Positions 16,824-26,209 of a stretch of DNA of 64,000 nucleotides are shown here, piece after piece. Position 1 is the stretch's first letter; every line of letters starts with the position of its first letter. The notes beneath the pieces are model-generated. The model saw nothing but the letters and a program-made list of their open reading frames with translations, was not told the DNA's origin and ran no database searches. Origin of the DNA: Phycisphaerales bacterium. GTDB taxonomy: Bacteria; Planctomycetota; Phycisphaerae; Phycisphaerales; SM1A02. The stretch covers positions 94,748-158,747 of the forward strand of contig JAKVBT010000008.1 of assembly GCA_022446905.1 (NCBI GenBank). The letters are read 5' to 3'. Position numbers and translations under genes: made by a program.

Positions 16824-19171
16824 CAGATGCCTCCCTCATACCACGTCACTTCTTGCGCAGAAGTTTGCAAAGGCCAGGGGATGCCATCTGGAAGCAGCGC
16901 ATCGGGGTCGTAGCGAAGAACGGTAGAACCATAACTTCCAAAGGAAGGATGGCTGAGATCAGGCCCTTCCATATCACCATCGGTATCGCCGAAATATCCA
17001 AATGTGGTGTTGAAGGCATCGGGGGTTCCCCCATAGTGCAGCGGCCCTTCCCCTTCAACCGGACGAAAAGTCGTCATTACAGTTCCATGAACTTCGACAG
17101 CACCACGCATGTCAATGATGCCCGCCACGATAGTGCCAGTAAGTGTGATGGGATTTGCTGTGTTGCCATCAAAATTGCCGACATCGACTGACCATCCTGG
17201 GAGCATGATGCTCGATCGCGCCAGTTGATCAAGATCGGATTCAGGCAAAGACGCAAGAAGACCAATGAGCGATGATGCATCCGCCTGAGAAGCAAGCACA
17301 CTGCTCTCTGGGTCAACGAAGAACCTACAGCCGCCAGTCAACTGCACTTTGTTTTTCCAATGCGTAAATTCCAGCGGCCGGTCACCGCCGAGTGTGCCAA
17401 GAAAGGTACACCCATCAAATCGAATGTTGTTTGAGACAACGCGAGTGTCTTCGTAAGCCGTGCCACCACTGGAAGCCGTAAGGTCTGGATAGCGCAATTG
17501 AGCTCCACTTGGCCCTGTCTCCAACGCGCCTGCATAATTCCAATTCACATCCTCACATGCTTCCGTGGTTTCAATCCAAGTCGAACCAACAAAAGTGCAG
17601 TTTTCAAACAATGCATTGTTGCCCATGGGAATGACGACATTCGTGAATGTAATCCCACTATAAATTGGGCGGTCATAGAGGTCATAGGCGCCAATACATC
17701 CGTAAGGGACTCCCTCATAACCAGTCGACGTTGAGCCCGCATTGGGATCGACAGCTGTCTGCACAGAAAACGGCGATCCTGATTGCGCTTTAGATTCGTA
17801 CCAGGTCTGACCATTTAAAAACATATCGCTTGTCAACGACACAAGTTCAGGCTCGGTCATATTGAAGGTGGCTGGTGGTTCAAACGTGTCCGCCCGAACA
17901 ACACCGCGAGCCCGAGTCTGCCAAGAGGCTCCTCTTGCTGCAGTCCATTCACTTGCATCAGCGGCGAAATTGAGATCGCCGCGGATTTTGCAATAACGAT
18001 CGCGTATATCCAATATCCCATCGCCATATCCCATGGCGCGATCAAGACCATCAATCACCCCATCGCGATTGCGGTCAGGGTTTGCATCATCAAGTAGTGC
18101 GGCCATGTCATGGTCAGCGTTAAATTCATCCGTAAGCGTCGTGTGCCCCGCTGCCGCTGCCTTGACTAAGTCAAAAGCCACCATGTTGTCGGCATCACTA
18201 TCAAATTCGCCCAGAAAAAGATCAAAGTCATCAACAAACTGATCACCATCATGATCCAACAGTGCTGGATTCGTCGCCAACCCAATTGCCTCGGTTGGAT
18301 GGCTCGGGCGAAGACGGCCATCCCCGTCAACATCATGTGAGCCGATGATGGTCGAAAAAGCATCCAAGAGTGGATTCAGCGTGGCAGGTGCAAGCTCATA
18401 AAAGTCGCTTCGAAGAAGCAGCGGATCACCAAATTCCGGCTCTAATTCTGAAGCTTCTGTTCCGTACAGCACGCCAACAGGACCATCAATCAGAACATTT
18501 TTGCCAATCATGACACGGGTTTGCCCGAGGACTGCATACTTGATGCGTTTTTCTAGCGCAAAGTCCATTTGAATGACACGCTCGACATCTCGATCTACTC
18601 CTCGAGAGGTGACACGCACACCACTTCCATCAGCGAGCATTTCATAACGCAACTGGTACCAAGGTGAGTTGCTTCCACCATGTAGCGCAATCCCGGGCGA
18701 CTCAACGGTTCCTGCGCCAACGTTGAGACTGCCTGCCACTATGTCACCATTCAAACTGACCGCCGCGTGTCCATCATGATCGATATGAGCATCATGAATG
18801 GCATGCATGAGGCCAGTGCCGGATGGCGAGCTGACTACGTATCCTTCAGTAGGCTGCACGGTCACCGTGCCATCACTGGAGATCCATGTTCCGGTCCATA
18901 ATCGAGAACCGAAGCCATCATCAAGATCGCCAGCCTCTACGACGAATCGGCCGGATTCCCTTGCAAGACGCCACGCTGCCATTTTCATGCCACTTTCAGA
19001 AGCACTCAAACTCCGAGACATGCGAATAGCAGCATCTGCGCTGCGCACATTGCCTTCGGCAACAATGGCCATAACTGAGACTAATGAAGCTACAACGGCC
19101 AGAAACATCATCGCCATAACTGAGGCGATTCCGCGACGACAAAGAAGATGGGCTCGTTGATCATTTGTCAT
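16820..19171 (-). CDS. giant GspK/PilX-like pseudopilin-type protein with Ca-binding Asp repeats and a beta-helix-like region
   Basis: N-terminus MTNDQRAHLLCRRGIASVMAMMFLAVVASLV has a hydrophobic pilin-like helix and no Glu at +5, as in GspK. It also has DVDGDGRL, DHDGDQFVDDFD and NPDRNRDGVIDGLD repeats, plus NALFENCTFVGS / NNIRFDGCTFLG. ATGA overlaps occur at both ends (19168-19171 and 16820-16823). The longest ORF starts at 19186. Confidence 0.6.
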   Translation of the reverse strand: MTNDQRAHLLCRRGIASVMAMMFLAVVASLVSVMAIVAEGNVRSADAAIRMSRSLSASESGMKMAAWRLARESGRFVVEAGDLDDGFGSRLWTGTWISSDGTVTVQPTEGYVVSSPSGTGLMHAIHDAHIDHDGHAAVSLNGDIVAGSLNVGAGTVESPGIALHGGSNSPWYQLRYEMLADGSGVRVTSRGVDRDVERVIQMDFALEKRIKYAVLGQTRVMIGKNVLIDGPVGVLYGTEASELEPEFGDPLLLRSDFYELAPATLNPLLDAFSTIIGSHDVDGDGRLRPSHPTEAIGLATNPALLDHDGDQFVDDFDLFLGEFDSDADNMVAFDLVKAAAAGHTTLTDEFNADHDMAALLDDANPDRNRDGVIDGLDRAMGYGDGILDIRDRYCKIRGDLNFAADASEWTAARGASWQTRARGVVRADTFEPPATFNMTEPELVSLTSDMFLNGQTWYESKAQSGSPFSVQTAVDPNAGSTSTGYEGVPYGCIGAYDLYDRPIYSGITFTNVVIPMGNNALFENCTFVGSTWIETTEACEDVNWNYAGALETGPSGAQLRYPDLTASSGGTAYEDTRVVSNNIRFDGCTFLGTLGGDRPLEFTHWKNKVQLTGGCRFFVDPESSVLASQADASSLIGLLASLPESDLDQLARSSIMLPGWSVDVGNFDGNTANPITLTGTIVAGIIDMRGAVEVHGTVMTTFRPVEGEGPLHYGGTPDAFNTTFGYFGDTDGDMEGPDLSHPSFGSYGSTVLRYDPDALLPDGIPWPLQTSAQEVTWYEGGIW

Positions 19172-19695
19172 TGCACATGCACCCACGTCACAGTAGTGAT
19201 CAACTCGTCTTTGCCACTATCCGGCTGCCAATACACATCAACCGATACCCGCACAGCTTCTGAAGTTCCATCGACTACGACAGTGGCGATGTTGGTTGGC
19301 TCCACTGATTCCACGGTCACAACTTGACGCCAGTTCTCCAAATGCGCAATCACCGATCGAGTGGAATCGAGAGGGCCGGTCCCAGCCCCAAACGACACGT
19401 CGAGGCCGTCAAAATCATCTAGATCGTCCCAGTCGGCCATACTGACTTCGCCTGGCTCAGGTCCCCAGGTTGCCGAACCTGTGACTGGATCCATAATTGG
19501 CAAAGACATTGTCATCTCACGAATCTCATTGCCGATACGCGCCGCGTCAGCGGCACGAGCACCCCAACGATTCTGTTGGTGGAAGGCCTCCTGTGCTGAA
19601 AGCATGGCCAACATGGCGGTTGCCAGAATGACGATCGCCAAGCCGGTTTCGACGAGCGTGAATGCACGGCGTGAGTTGCGAGCGATGTGAGTCAT
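19168..19695 (-). CDS. prepilin-type N-terminal domain protein (pseudopilin)
   Basis: RRA|FTLVETGLAIVILATAMLAML: Ala rather than Gly at -1, Glu at +5. ATGA overlap with gspF. Confidence 0.65.
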   Translation of the reverse strand: MTHIARNSRRAFTLVETGLAIVILATAMLAMLSAQEAFHQQNRWGARAADAARIGNEIREMTMSLPIMDPVTGSATWGPEPGEVSMADWDDLDDFDGLDVSFGAGTGPLDSTRSVIAHLENWRQVVTVESVEPTNIATVVVDGTSEAVRVSVDVYWQPDSGKDELITTVTWVHVQ

Positions 19696-20918
19696 CCTGA
19701 GACCACCGAACTCATTTTGAAGATTGGAAGAATGATTGCCATGGCAATGAAACCAACGACCGAACCCATGACCACGATCAGAATTGGTTCAATCATGCTT
19801 GTCATCGCCTTAATCGCATCCCGAAGCACCTTCTGATAGAAGTTGGCAACTTCTTCGAGGACTTCACCCAAGCGACCCGACTCCTCGCCTGCAGCAACCA
19901 TCTGTACGACAGATTGAGGGAAGAGTGTGGAAGACTCCATCTCTTCGTGTAGCTTGCGGCCTTCGCGAACTGCTCCGTGGACTTTTTTAAACAATCCGTG
20001 ATAACGCGTATTGCCTGTGATGTCTCCAGTTACTGATACCGCATCCAGTACCGGCACTCCGGCGTTAAGTAACTCGCCCATCGTCTGCAGCGACCGACTC
20101 ACATACAAAGCACGGAACATCCGGCGAAAGAGAGGGACTACGAGTTTGGCTTGATCCAGCGTGCGATTACCAGCCTTCGTCTTCAGGAATCCGATCAATA
20201 AGGCCAAGACGCCCGCGGAACAGCCGACCAAGATTTTCCACTCAGTGACCATGAACTCACTGAGGCCCATGAGAAACTTGGTCGATCCAGGAAGGGCTTC
20301 TTCTTTGCCCGCAAAGACGCCTGCAAAGCGAGGCAATACGAAAGTCAAAAGAAAGACCGTCACACCTGTTGCCATTGTGGCGATGATTCCTGGGTAGATG
20401 CTGGCCCCAACCACCATCTTTCGAGTCTCAAGCTGCTGCGATATGAAGGCTGCAATTCGATCGAGCATCGTCGCGAAGGAGCCGGACATCTCTGAAGCCT
20501 TGACCATATTCACATAGAGCGCATTGAACTGCTTCGGATACTGACTTATCGCTTCGGAAAATGACTTTCCAGATTCAACATCTGCGCGTACCTGCAGAAT
20601 GATCTTTCTGAACTTGGCATTTTTGATCTGTAGAGCAATGCCCTCAAGTGCCTGACGAAGGTTGATCCCGGCACGAATCATGACCGCCAACTGAATGGTG
20701 AAGTCCAGTACTTCCTTCTGACTGGGTCCACTTCCTGAATTGAGGACTTCACCGACACGCTTCCAGTCAATCCGCAATTTTGGCTGAGCAGCAATTTTGA
20801 GAACATGATGTCCTTGTTGACGCAGCGTCATAGCAGCAGCTGTTGATGTTTCTGCAGACAGCGTCCCAGTTTCCACACGACCGGATGCATTACGTGCTTC
20901 CCAGCGATACTCAGTCAT
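19692..20918 (-). CDS. type II secretion / type IV pilus platform protein (GspF/PilC family)
   Basis: Duplicated GspF domain architecture of about 400 aa with 3 TM segments, e.g. LAVMIRAGINLRQAL and MGELLNAGVPVLDAV. Confidence 0.88.
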   Translation of the reverse strand: MTEYRWEARNASGRVETGTLSAETSTAAAMTLRQQGHHVLKIAAQPKLRIDWKRVGEVLNSGSGPSQKEVLDFTIQLAVMIRAGINLRQALEGIALQIKNAKFRKIILQVRADVESGKSFSEAISQYPKQFNALYVNMVKASEMSGSFATMLDRIAAFISQQLETRKMVVGASIYPGIIATMATGVTVFLLTFVLPRFAGVFAGKEEALPGSTKFLMGLSEFMVTEWKILVGCSAGVLALLIGFLKTKAGNRTLDQAKLVVPLFRRMFRALYVSRSLQTMGELLNAGVPVLDAVSVTGDITGNTRYHGLFKKVHGAVREGRKLHEEMESSTLFPQSVVQMVAAGEESGRLGEVLEEVANFYQKVLRDAIKAMTSMIEPILIVVMGSVVGFIAMAIILPIFKMSSVVSG

Positions 20919-20927
20919 CAGGTGGCA

Positions 20928-21983
20928 TCAGGCCGCAATGGCCCGCTCCATTGCAGCGGGATTGGACGACCTGGTCACGGCATCGGCGTGGCTGATCATT
21001 CCGTTGTAGTAAAGAGAAGCAATTGATGCATCGAGTGTCGTCATCCCCAGCCGCTGACTGGTTTCAATGACATTTGGTATTTCAAATGTGCGGTTCTCTC
21101 GGATGAGATTTCGCACAGCCGGAGTACACAAGAGGATTTCCACTGCGGGAACCATTCCTGCAATGTCGACGCGTGGCAACAAAGTTTGAGACACGACCGC
21201 CTGCAGAGTGTCGCCAAGCATGGAGCGGATCTGATTCTGCTGGCTAGCTGGATACATGTCGACAATTCGCTCGACAGTCTGCGCTGCGCTCGCTGTATGC
21301 AACGTAGAAAGAACAAGGTGGCCCGTTTCTGCAGCACTAATTGCCAAAGAGGTCGTTTCGAGGTCACGCATCTCGCCAACTAGAATGATGTCTGGATCTT
21401 GACGAAGTGCATGCTTAAGCCCAGAGGCAAAGTCAGGCATATCTTCGCCGCGCTCACGCTGCTCAATCAGACAGCAATCCGAATCGAATGTGTATTCGAT
21501 TGGATCCTCAAGGGTGATGATGTGCTTTCGTTGGCTAGCGTTAATTGACTCAATAATGGCCGCAAGAGTCGTCGACTTTCCTGACCCAGTATCTCCAGTA
21601 ACCAAGACCAAACCCCGGGGTAGCGTGGCGAAGCGAGTCACTACATCTGGCAGATTCAGTGACTCGATGGCTGGAACTTCATCTCGAATCGCGCGGAGGG
21701 CCATGGCTGGACCCGTTCGCTGTTTATGGATGTTCACCCGATACCGCCCAAGTGCCTCGGTGGCATAAGAGAGATCAACATCTTGCTGATGCTCAAATCG
21801 CTCGCGGTGCAATGGACTGGCAATCTCAGCCATATACCTCTCGATGGCCTGAACCGTCAAAATCGGCAGTTCAAGAGGCTGCATGACCGTATTGACCCGC
21901 ACCATGGGACGGTGTCCAGGGACGAGGTGGATATCACTGGCCTCATGCTCATGAGCCGCGGCCAGAATGAAGTCGATGGACAT
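20928..21983 (-). CDS. pilT: PilT-family (retraction-type, short) secretion ATPase
   Basis: Walker A GDTGSGKSTT, Walker B ILVGEMRD, His box GHLVLSTLHT, PilT signature PAVRNLIRE. About 350 aa, with no GspE/PilB N-terminal domains and no tetracysteine motif. Start set at MSIDFIL; the longest ORF runs to 22052. Confidence 0.85.
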   Translation of the reverse strand: MSIDFILAAAHEHEASDIHLVPGHRPMVRVNTVMQPLELPILTVQAIERYMAEIASPLHRERFEHQQDVDLSYATEALGRYRVNIHKQRTGPAMALRAIRDEVPAIESLNLPDVVTRFATLPRGLVLVTGDTGSGKSTTLAAIIESINASQRKHIITLEDPIEYTFDSDCCLIEQRERGEDMPDFASGLKHALRQDPDIILVGEMRDLETTSLAISAAETGHLVLSTLHTASAAQTVERIVDMYPASQQNQIRSMLGDTLQAVVSQTLLPRVDIAGMVPAVEILLCTPAVRNLIRENRTFEIPNVIETSQRLGMTTLDASIASLYYNGMISHADAVTRSSNPAAMERAIAA

Positions 21984-22175
21984 GCAGCGTCCTCCACCTG
22001 AAAGGTCAAACGGACCAACCCCGCACAACGCAGGGAGGCGTCCATGAATCAATCGGCCCAGTGAGGGGGTTCATTCACTTCGCTTCTGATCAGGCCGTCG
22101 GGTCGGTGGAACTGTGACGGTCAGAACGACGGGCTGGGCTGACTATGACGATGGTTTGGCTGCTATCGTGCTCGC

Positions 22176-22637
22176 ATGCGCCCCTTGAGCCTGCTCATAT
22201 TTCTTGGTCTGCTGGTTGGCGGCTGCTCTGCGGCCCCCCGCGTCACCGTCAATCCTGATGTTGTCATTACCGATCGACAAGCAGATGCTCAGGCGGGAAA
22301 CGTGTCGATATCGATAGTCAATCTCAACGACCACCCCATCGAGGTCATTGAGTATCACTACACAGCGACGGCATCTGGGCAATCAACGTGGCGAGGTCGC
22401 CACGCTGGCGGTCTCGTGCTCGCTTCTGGCATTGACCGTCATGTGAATCTGCCAATCGTACTTCCGCCGAATGTTAATGATGGCACAACAGTGTCTATCA
22501 GCGGCGAAGTTCGATATCTCGATACCAGCACGATCGCCCAGACACTCAGCGAATGGGGCTACCGGCCTTCGGTCGGCTTCAACGGCCAGCCCATTGTGAC
22601 CAATCGTCCCACCCCACTAGCTGATCAAGATGGCTGA
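22176..22637 (+). CDS. lipoprotein, possibly LEA_2/WHy-like
   Basis: Signal plus lipobox MRPLSLLIFLGLLVGGC. The beta-rich body (NVSISIVNLNDHPIEVIEYHY...) is reminiscent of LEA type 2 lipoproteins. Confidence 0.5.
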   Translation: MRPLSLLIFLGLLVGGCSAAPRVTVNPDVVITDRQADAQAGNVSISIVNLNDHPIEVIEYHYTATASGQSTWRGRHAGGLVLASGIDRHVNLPIVLPPNVNDGTTVSISGEVRYLDTSTIAQTLSEWGYRPSVGFNGQPIVTNRPTPLADQDG

Positions 22638-22860
22638 CGTTTGCATGGTGAAGGCAATGCGTTGCCCTTTGACAGAACAACATCAGATTCATCCGTTACG
22701 TCGGTTGCTGACAATACTTGCAGAAGCAACCAATCCAATCGAAGACGAAGAGGATCACAGCGACATCAATCTTTATGCGCCAGATGAGGATGATGAAGAG
22801 TATGGATACGAACGCAACGACGATGAGGACGAAGATGAAGAAGAGGATGAAGACTTCTAG
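22630..22860 (+). CDS. small protein with a hyper-acidic C-terminal tail
   Basis: The ORF ends in EDEEDHSDINLYAPDEDDEEYGYERNDDEDEDEEEDEDF. It overlaps the preceding gene by 8 nt. No homolog recognised. Confidence 0.3.
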   Translation: MADVCMVKAMRCPLTEQHQIHPLRRLLTILAEATNPIEDEEDHSDINLYAPDEDDEEYGYERNDDEDEDEEEDEDF

Positions 22861-22902
22861 ATCTTCATCGCGCGTCTGATGCTCTTGAGTTAGACCGAGA
22901 GA

Positions 22903-23742
22903 TCAACTACTCACTGTGGATGACCGGGCCTTCCACTTGTCATCTTCACGACTTGCCTCTCGCGCTCGGCCATGTGGACCGACAGAGGCTGCTTCCATCG
23001 CATCGCACAGTACTTGCACAGAAGAAATGGGGCCGTATGCATCTCTCACTGCTGACAAACGCTCTGCGAGTGGCCGCGCATCACGAAAGAGCAATTTGAA
23101 ACTGTCCTTTACAGCATCAATCTCCTCCTGAGAAACTCCAGCGCGAGACATGCCGATGACATTGATTGCTCGAATTTCCGATGGATGTCCTTCGCAAATC
23201 GTAAATGGCGGGACATCCCGGATCGCTCGAGTGAGCCCGCCAACAAAGGCCAAGCGACCAATCGTGACAAAGTGATGCACCCCTGCACCCCCTGCAACAC
23301 TCGCCCCATCTTCAATCGTGATGTGCCCTGCCAACATGACCTGATTGGCTAAAGTCACATGATTCATCAGATGGCAATCATGTGCAATATGGCATCCGAC
23401 CATAAGCAAACACTCTGAACCTATGGTCGTGCAGCCGCCCCCATTGGCAGTGCCTCGATGAATTGTGACATGCTCACGGATCTCATTCCGATCGCCGATA
23501 GTGCACGTGCTCTTTTCACCTGCGTACTTACGATCCTGTGGATCGCCACCGACAACGCACGCGGTATGAAAGGTGTTATGACATCCAATGTCAGTGTCAC
23601 GCACAATCGTCACATGATCGCGCAGTACACATCCGGAACCGATCGTCACTCCTGGCCCGATGACGCAATAGGGCCCGACTTCCACATCCTCAGCAAGTGT
23701 TACTGAAGCGTCGATGATTGCGGTGGGGTGAATCTGAGTCAT
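22903..23742 (-). CDS. lpxA: acyl-ACP--UDP-N-acetylglucosamine O-acyltransferase
   Basis: MTQIHPTAIID..., left-handed beta-helix hexapeptide repeats, then the LpxA-type helical C-terminus. Confidence 0.9.
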   Translation of the reverse strand: MTQIHPTAIIDASVTLAEDVEVGPYCVIGPGVTIGSGCVLRDHVTIVRDTDIGCHNTFHTACVVGGDPQDRKYAGEKSTCTIGDRNEIREHVTIHRGTANGGGCTTIGSECLLMVGCHIAHDCHLMNHVTLANQVMLAGHITIEDGASVAGGAGVHHFVTIGRLAFVGGLTRAIRDVPPFTICEGHPSEIRAINVIGMSRAGVSQEEIDAVKDSFKLLFRDARPLAERLSAVRDAYGPISSVQVLCDAMEAASVGPHGRAREASREDDKWKARSSTVSS

Positions 23743-23772
23743 GTGTTGTGGCGCGGTAATTGGCCGCGTTCC

Positions 23773-25134
23773 TCATACAATCGCCTGATCGGCATCAACC
23801 ATCATAAACCTGATATGCGCTTCTGCGGCTTCCCGATCGCCGACATACGAACGGCAACGAATAGAGGCCGTGCGGGTGCTCGCCCGAATAGTCTCAGCCT
23901 CCAACACCAGTTGATCACCAGGCGTTACCGGATGGCGAAGTTTGACCTTGTCAAGGCTCAGCAGGACCGCGACTTTGCCTGTGTGTTCTAGGGTCTGACT
24001 CAAGAGCAAACCACCCAGCTGCGCCATCGCCTCCACAATCAACACCCCCGGCATGATCGGCGTCCCTGGATAGTGCCCGCTGAAGAATGGCTCGTTAATA
24101 GTGACATTCTTTACCCCGACGGCCTTCTTGTTGCCCTCCACGTGTACCACCCGATCAACGAGAAGCATGGGATAGCGATGCGGCATGATCTGCTGAATTG
24201 CCCGAATATCCATGGTGCGACCAGCATTCAGTTGGTCATTGCGACGCTGCAGCTCCGCCTGCGCCCGAATTTCCCGACACATGCGTCGATTGAGCACATG
24301 TCCGGATCGTGTCGCAACAAAGTGACCGCACACCGGTGCGCCGACCAACATCAAATCGCCGATCAAATCAAGAATCTTGTGTCGCACTGGCTCATTGCCG
24401 AATCGCCACTCATTGTCAATTGGCCCGTTTTCACCAATCACCAACGCTTCTGCTGGCGTAAGGTGGCTGCACAAACCGTGCTCCTGCAAAGACGCCGCTT
24501 CTTCCTCAAGGCTGAAGGTGCGTGCAGGGCCGATGTCGGCGAGATAACCCGATTCGCTCAATGTAAATGCGAATGCCTGTCTAGGGATTCGATCCGAATC
24601 ACTCCCATAATCCAGTTCATAAATGGCATGAAAAGATTCGCCGCCATTTGGAAATGCCGCAAGCATAGCACCGCCTTCTTCAAGAACAATGGGCTCTGTA
24701 ATAGCCACAACTTCCCGTGTGGCGTCTTGAACAGACACACCGGCTTGCTGGATCGCATCAATAAATGGCGCCGCACTGCCATCGCCGAGTGGCACTTCGG
24801 GACCAGTGACTGCTAACAGGGCATTGTCGATCCCACAGCCGCGAAGCGCCGATAGGCAATGCTCTACAGTTTCAATCACGACTTCGCCGTCACAAAGTAC
24901 CGTTCGGCGATCACGATCAACCGCATAATCAACGACTGCGGGAATGCGGACAGCAGGATTAAGGTCGGACCGCTCAAAGACAATTCCATGGCCTGGAGGC
25001 GCAGGTCGAATCTCGAGGTCAACCTCTGATCCGTGCATTAAACCGCGGCCACTAACCGTTGCTACATTCGCCACCGTCTGCTGGGACTCAGACAGTGCTG
25101 GTTCACTTTGACTTGTAGTGGCAACGTCATTCAT
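23773..25134 (-). CDS. lpxC/fabZ: bifunctional UDP-3-O-acyl-GlcNAc deacetylase / 3-hydroxyacyl-ACP dehydratase
   Basis: N-terminal LpxC (GRGLMHGSEV..., TVEHCLSAL, HKILDLIGDL) fused to C-terminal FabZ (PHRYPMLLVDRV, FFSGHYPGTPIMPGVLIVEAMAQ). Confidence 0.92.
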   Translation of the reverse strand: MNDVATTSQSEPALSESQQTVANVATVSGRGLMHGSEVDLEIRPAPPGHGIVFERSDLNPAVRIPAVVDYAVDRDRRTVLCDGEVVIETVEHCLSALRGCGIDNALLAVTGPEVPLGDGSAAPFIDAIQQAGVSVQDATREVVAITEPIVLEEGGAMLAAFPNGGESFHAIYELDYGSDSDRIPRQAFAFTLSESGYLADIGPARTFSLEEEAASLQEHGLCSHLTPAEALVIGENGPIDNEWRFGNEPVRHKILDLIGDLMLVGAPVCGHFVATRSGHVLNRRMCREIRAQAELQRRNDQLNAGRTMDIRAIQQIMPHRYPMLLVDRVVHVEGNKKAVGVKNVTINEPFFSGHYPGTPIMPGVLIVEAMAQLGGLLLSQTLEHTGKVAVLLSLDKVKLRHPVTPGDQLVLEAETIRASTRTASIRCRSYVGDREAAEAHIRFMMVDADQAIV

Positions 25135-25161
25135 AGCAATATGCAGCTGTAGGCTGGCGGA

Positions 25162-26196
25162 TCAACCGCGGGAGCGAACAGAAGCGATCAATGCGGGCAG
25201 TTTACGAAGGGCTGCAACCTCCCGCAAAGTTTCTCTCGCCGGACGGGCCGGAGTGCCCGCGTAATCGGCTCCAGCGGGTATATCTCGAATCACACCGCTT
25301 GTTGCTGCCACTCTCGCACCGGCACCAATGGTGACATGCTCGGCGACCCCCACCTGAGCCCCAAGGATAACCCCATCCTCAATCACCACCGAGCCAGCGA
25401 GGCCCACCTGAGCGACGATGATCACCCCACGGCCAATCCGAACGTTGTGGGCAATCTGTACCAAATTGTCAATCTTGGTGCCATCCCCAATGGTTGTCGC
25501 ACCAAACTTGCCTCGATCAACACAAGATGCGGCTCCAATCTCTACATCATCACCAATTTCGACATGCCCCAAGTGTGGAATGCGCCGAGGCAAACCAGTC
25601 TCAGGGTCCGGCCGGAAACCAAACCCCTCAGCACCCACAATGGCGCCTGCATGCAAGATCGAATGATCCCCAAGCAGGCAATCATCTCCGAGCACTGCAT
25701 TGGCATGCAATTCAGCGTTTTCTCCGACTACTGCACGATGCCCAATGGTGGCTCCCGAATGAATACGAGCAGCATCGCCGATTGTGGCATCTGCCGAAAT
25801 GATGGCGCCATCTCCGATCAAGACATCACTGCCGATAGCAGCGCTTGGATCAATCATGGCATGTTCAGAGATGCCTGGATGGAGCGCAGGCCGCAACTCA
25901 GCAGCGGCAATCTCTAGAAGTACCATCAACGATACTTCAGCATCATCAACAATCACCAAAGCCCGCGTGGTCGGGTCATGCTCCGGAACATCAACACCTC
26001 TGGAGACCAGAGCAACCCGAGATTTAGACTTTGACCATTTGCCAGCCCAGCGTGCTGAGGCAATGAACACCAGATCCTGGGGTGAAGCATCTTCAAGGCC
26101 TGCAAACCCACATACAAAGGCATCTGCACACCCAACCAACTCACCATCGAGTTGTTCGGCAATAGCACCAGCAGAAAAACCGCTCAAATGGGTCAC
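25162..26196 (-). CDS. lpxD: UDP-3-O-acylglucosamine N-acyltransferase (paralog 1)
   Basis: LpxD N-terminal domain, hexapeptide helix, [25 protein letters not shown]-terminal helix. Confidence 0.85.
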   Translation of the reverse strand: MTHLSGFSAGAIAEQLDGELVGCADAFVCGFAGLEDASPQDLVFIASARWAGKWSKSKSRVALVSRGVDVPEHDPTTRALVIVDDAEVSLMVLLEIAAAELRPALHPGISEHAMIDPSAAIGSDVLIGDGAIISADATIGDAARIHSGATIGHRAVVGENAELHANAVLGDDCLLGDHSILHAGAIVGAEGFGFRPDPETGLPRRIPHLGHVEIGDDVEIGAASCVDRGKFGATTIGDGTKIDNLVQIAHNVRIGRGVIIVAQVGLAGSVVIEDGVILGAQVGVAEHVTIGAGARVAATSGVIRDIPAGADYAGTPARPARETLREVAALRKLPALIASVRSRG

Positions 26197-26209
26197 AAGT
26201 CCAAGCGCT

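Noticed and set aside
24073-24816. 247-aa plus-strand ORF
   Set aside because: It is antisense to the lpxC/fabZ fusion gene.
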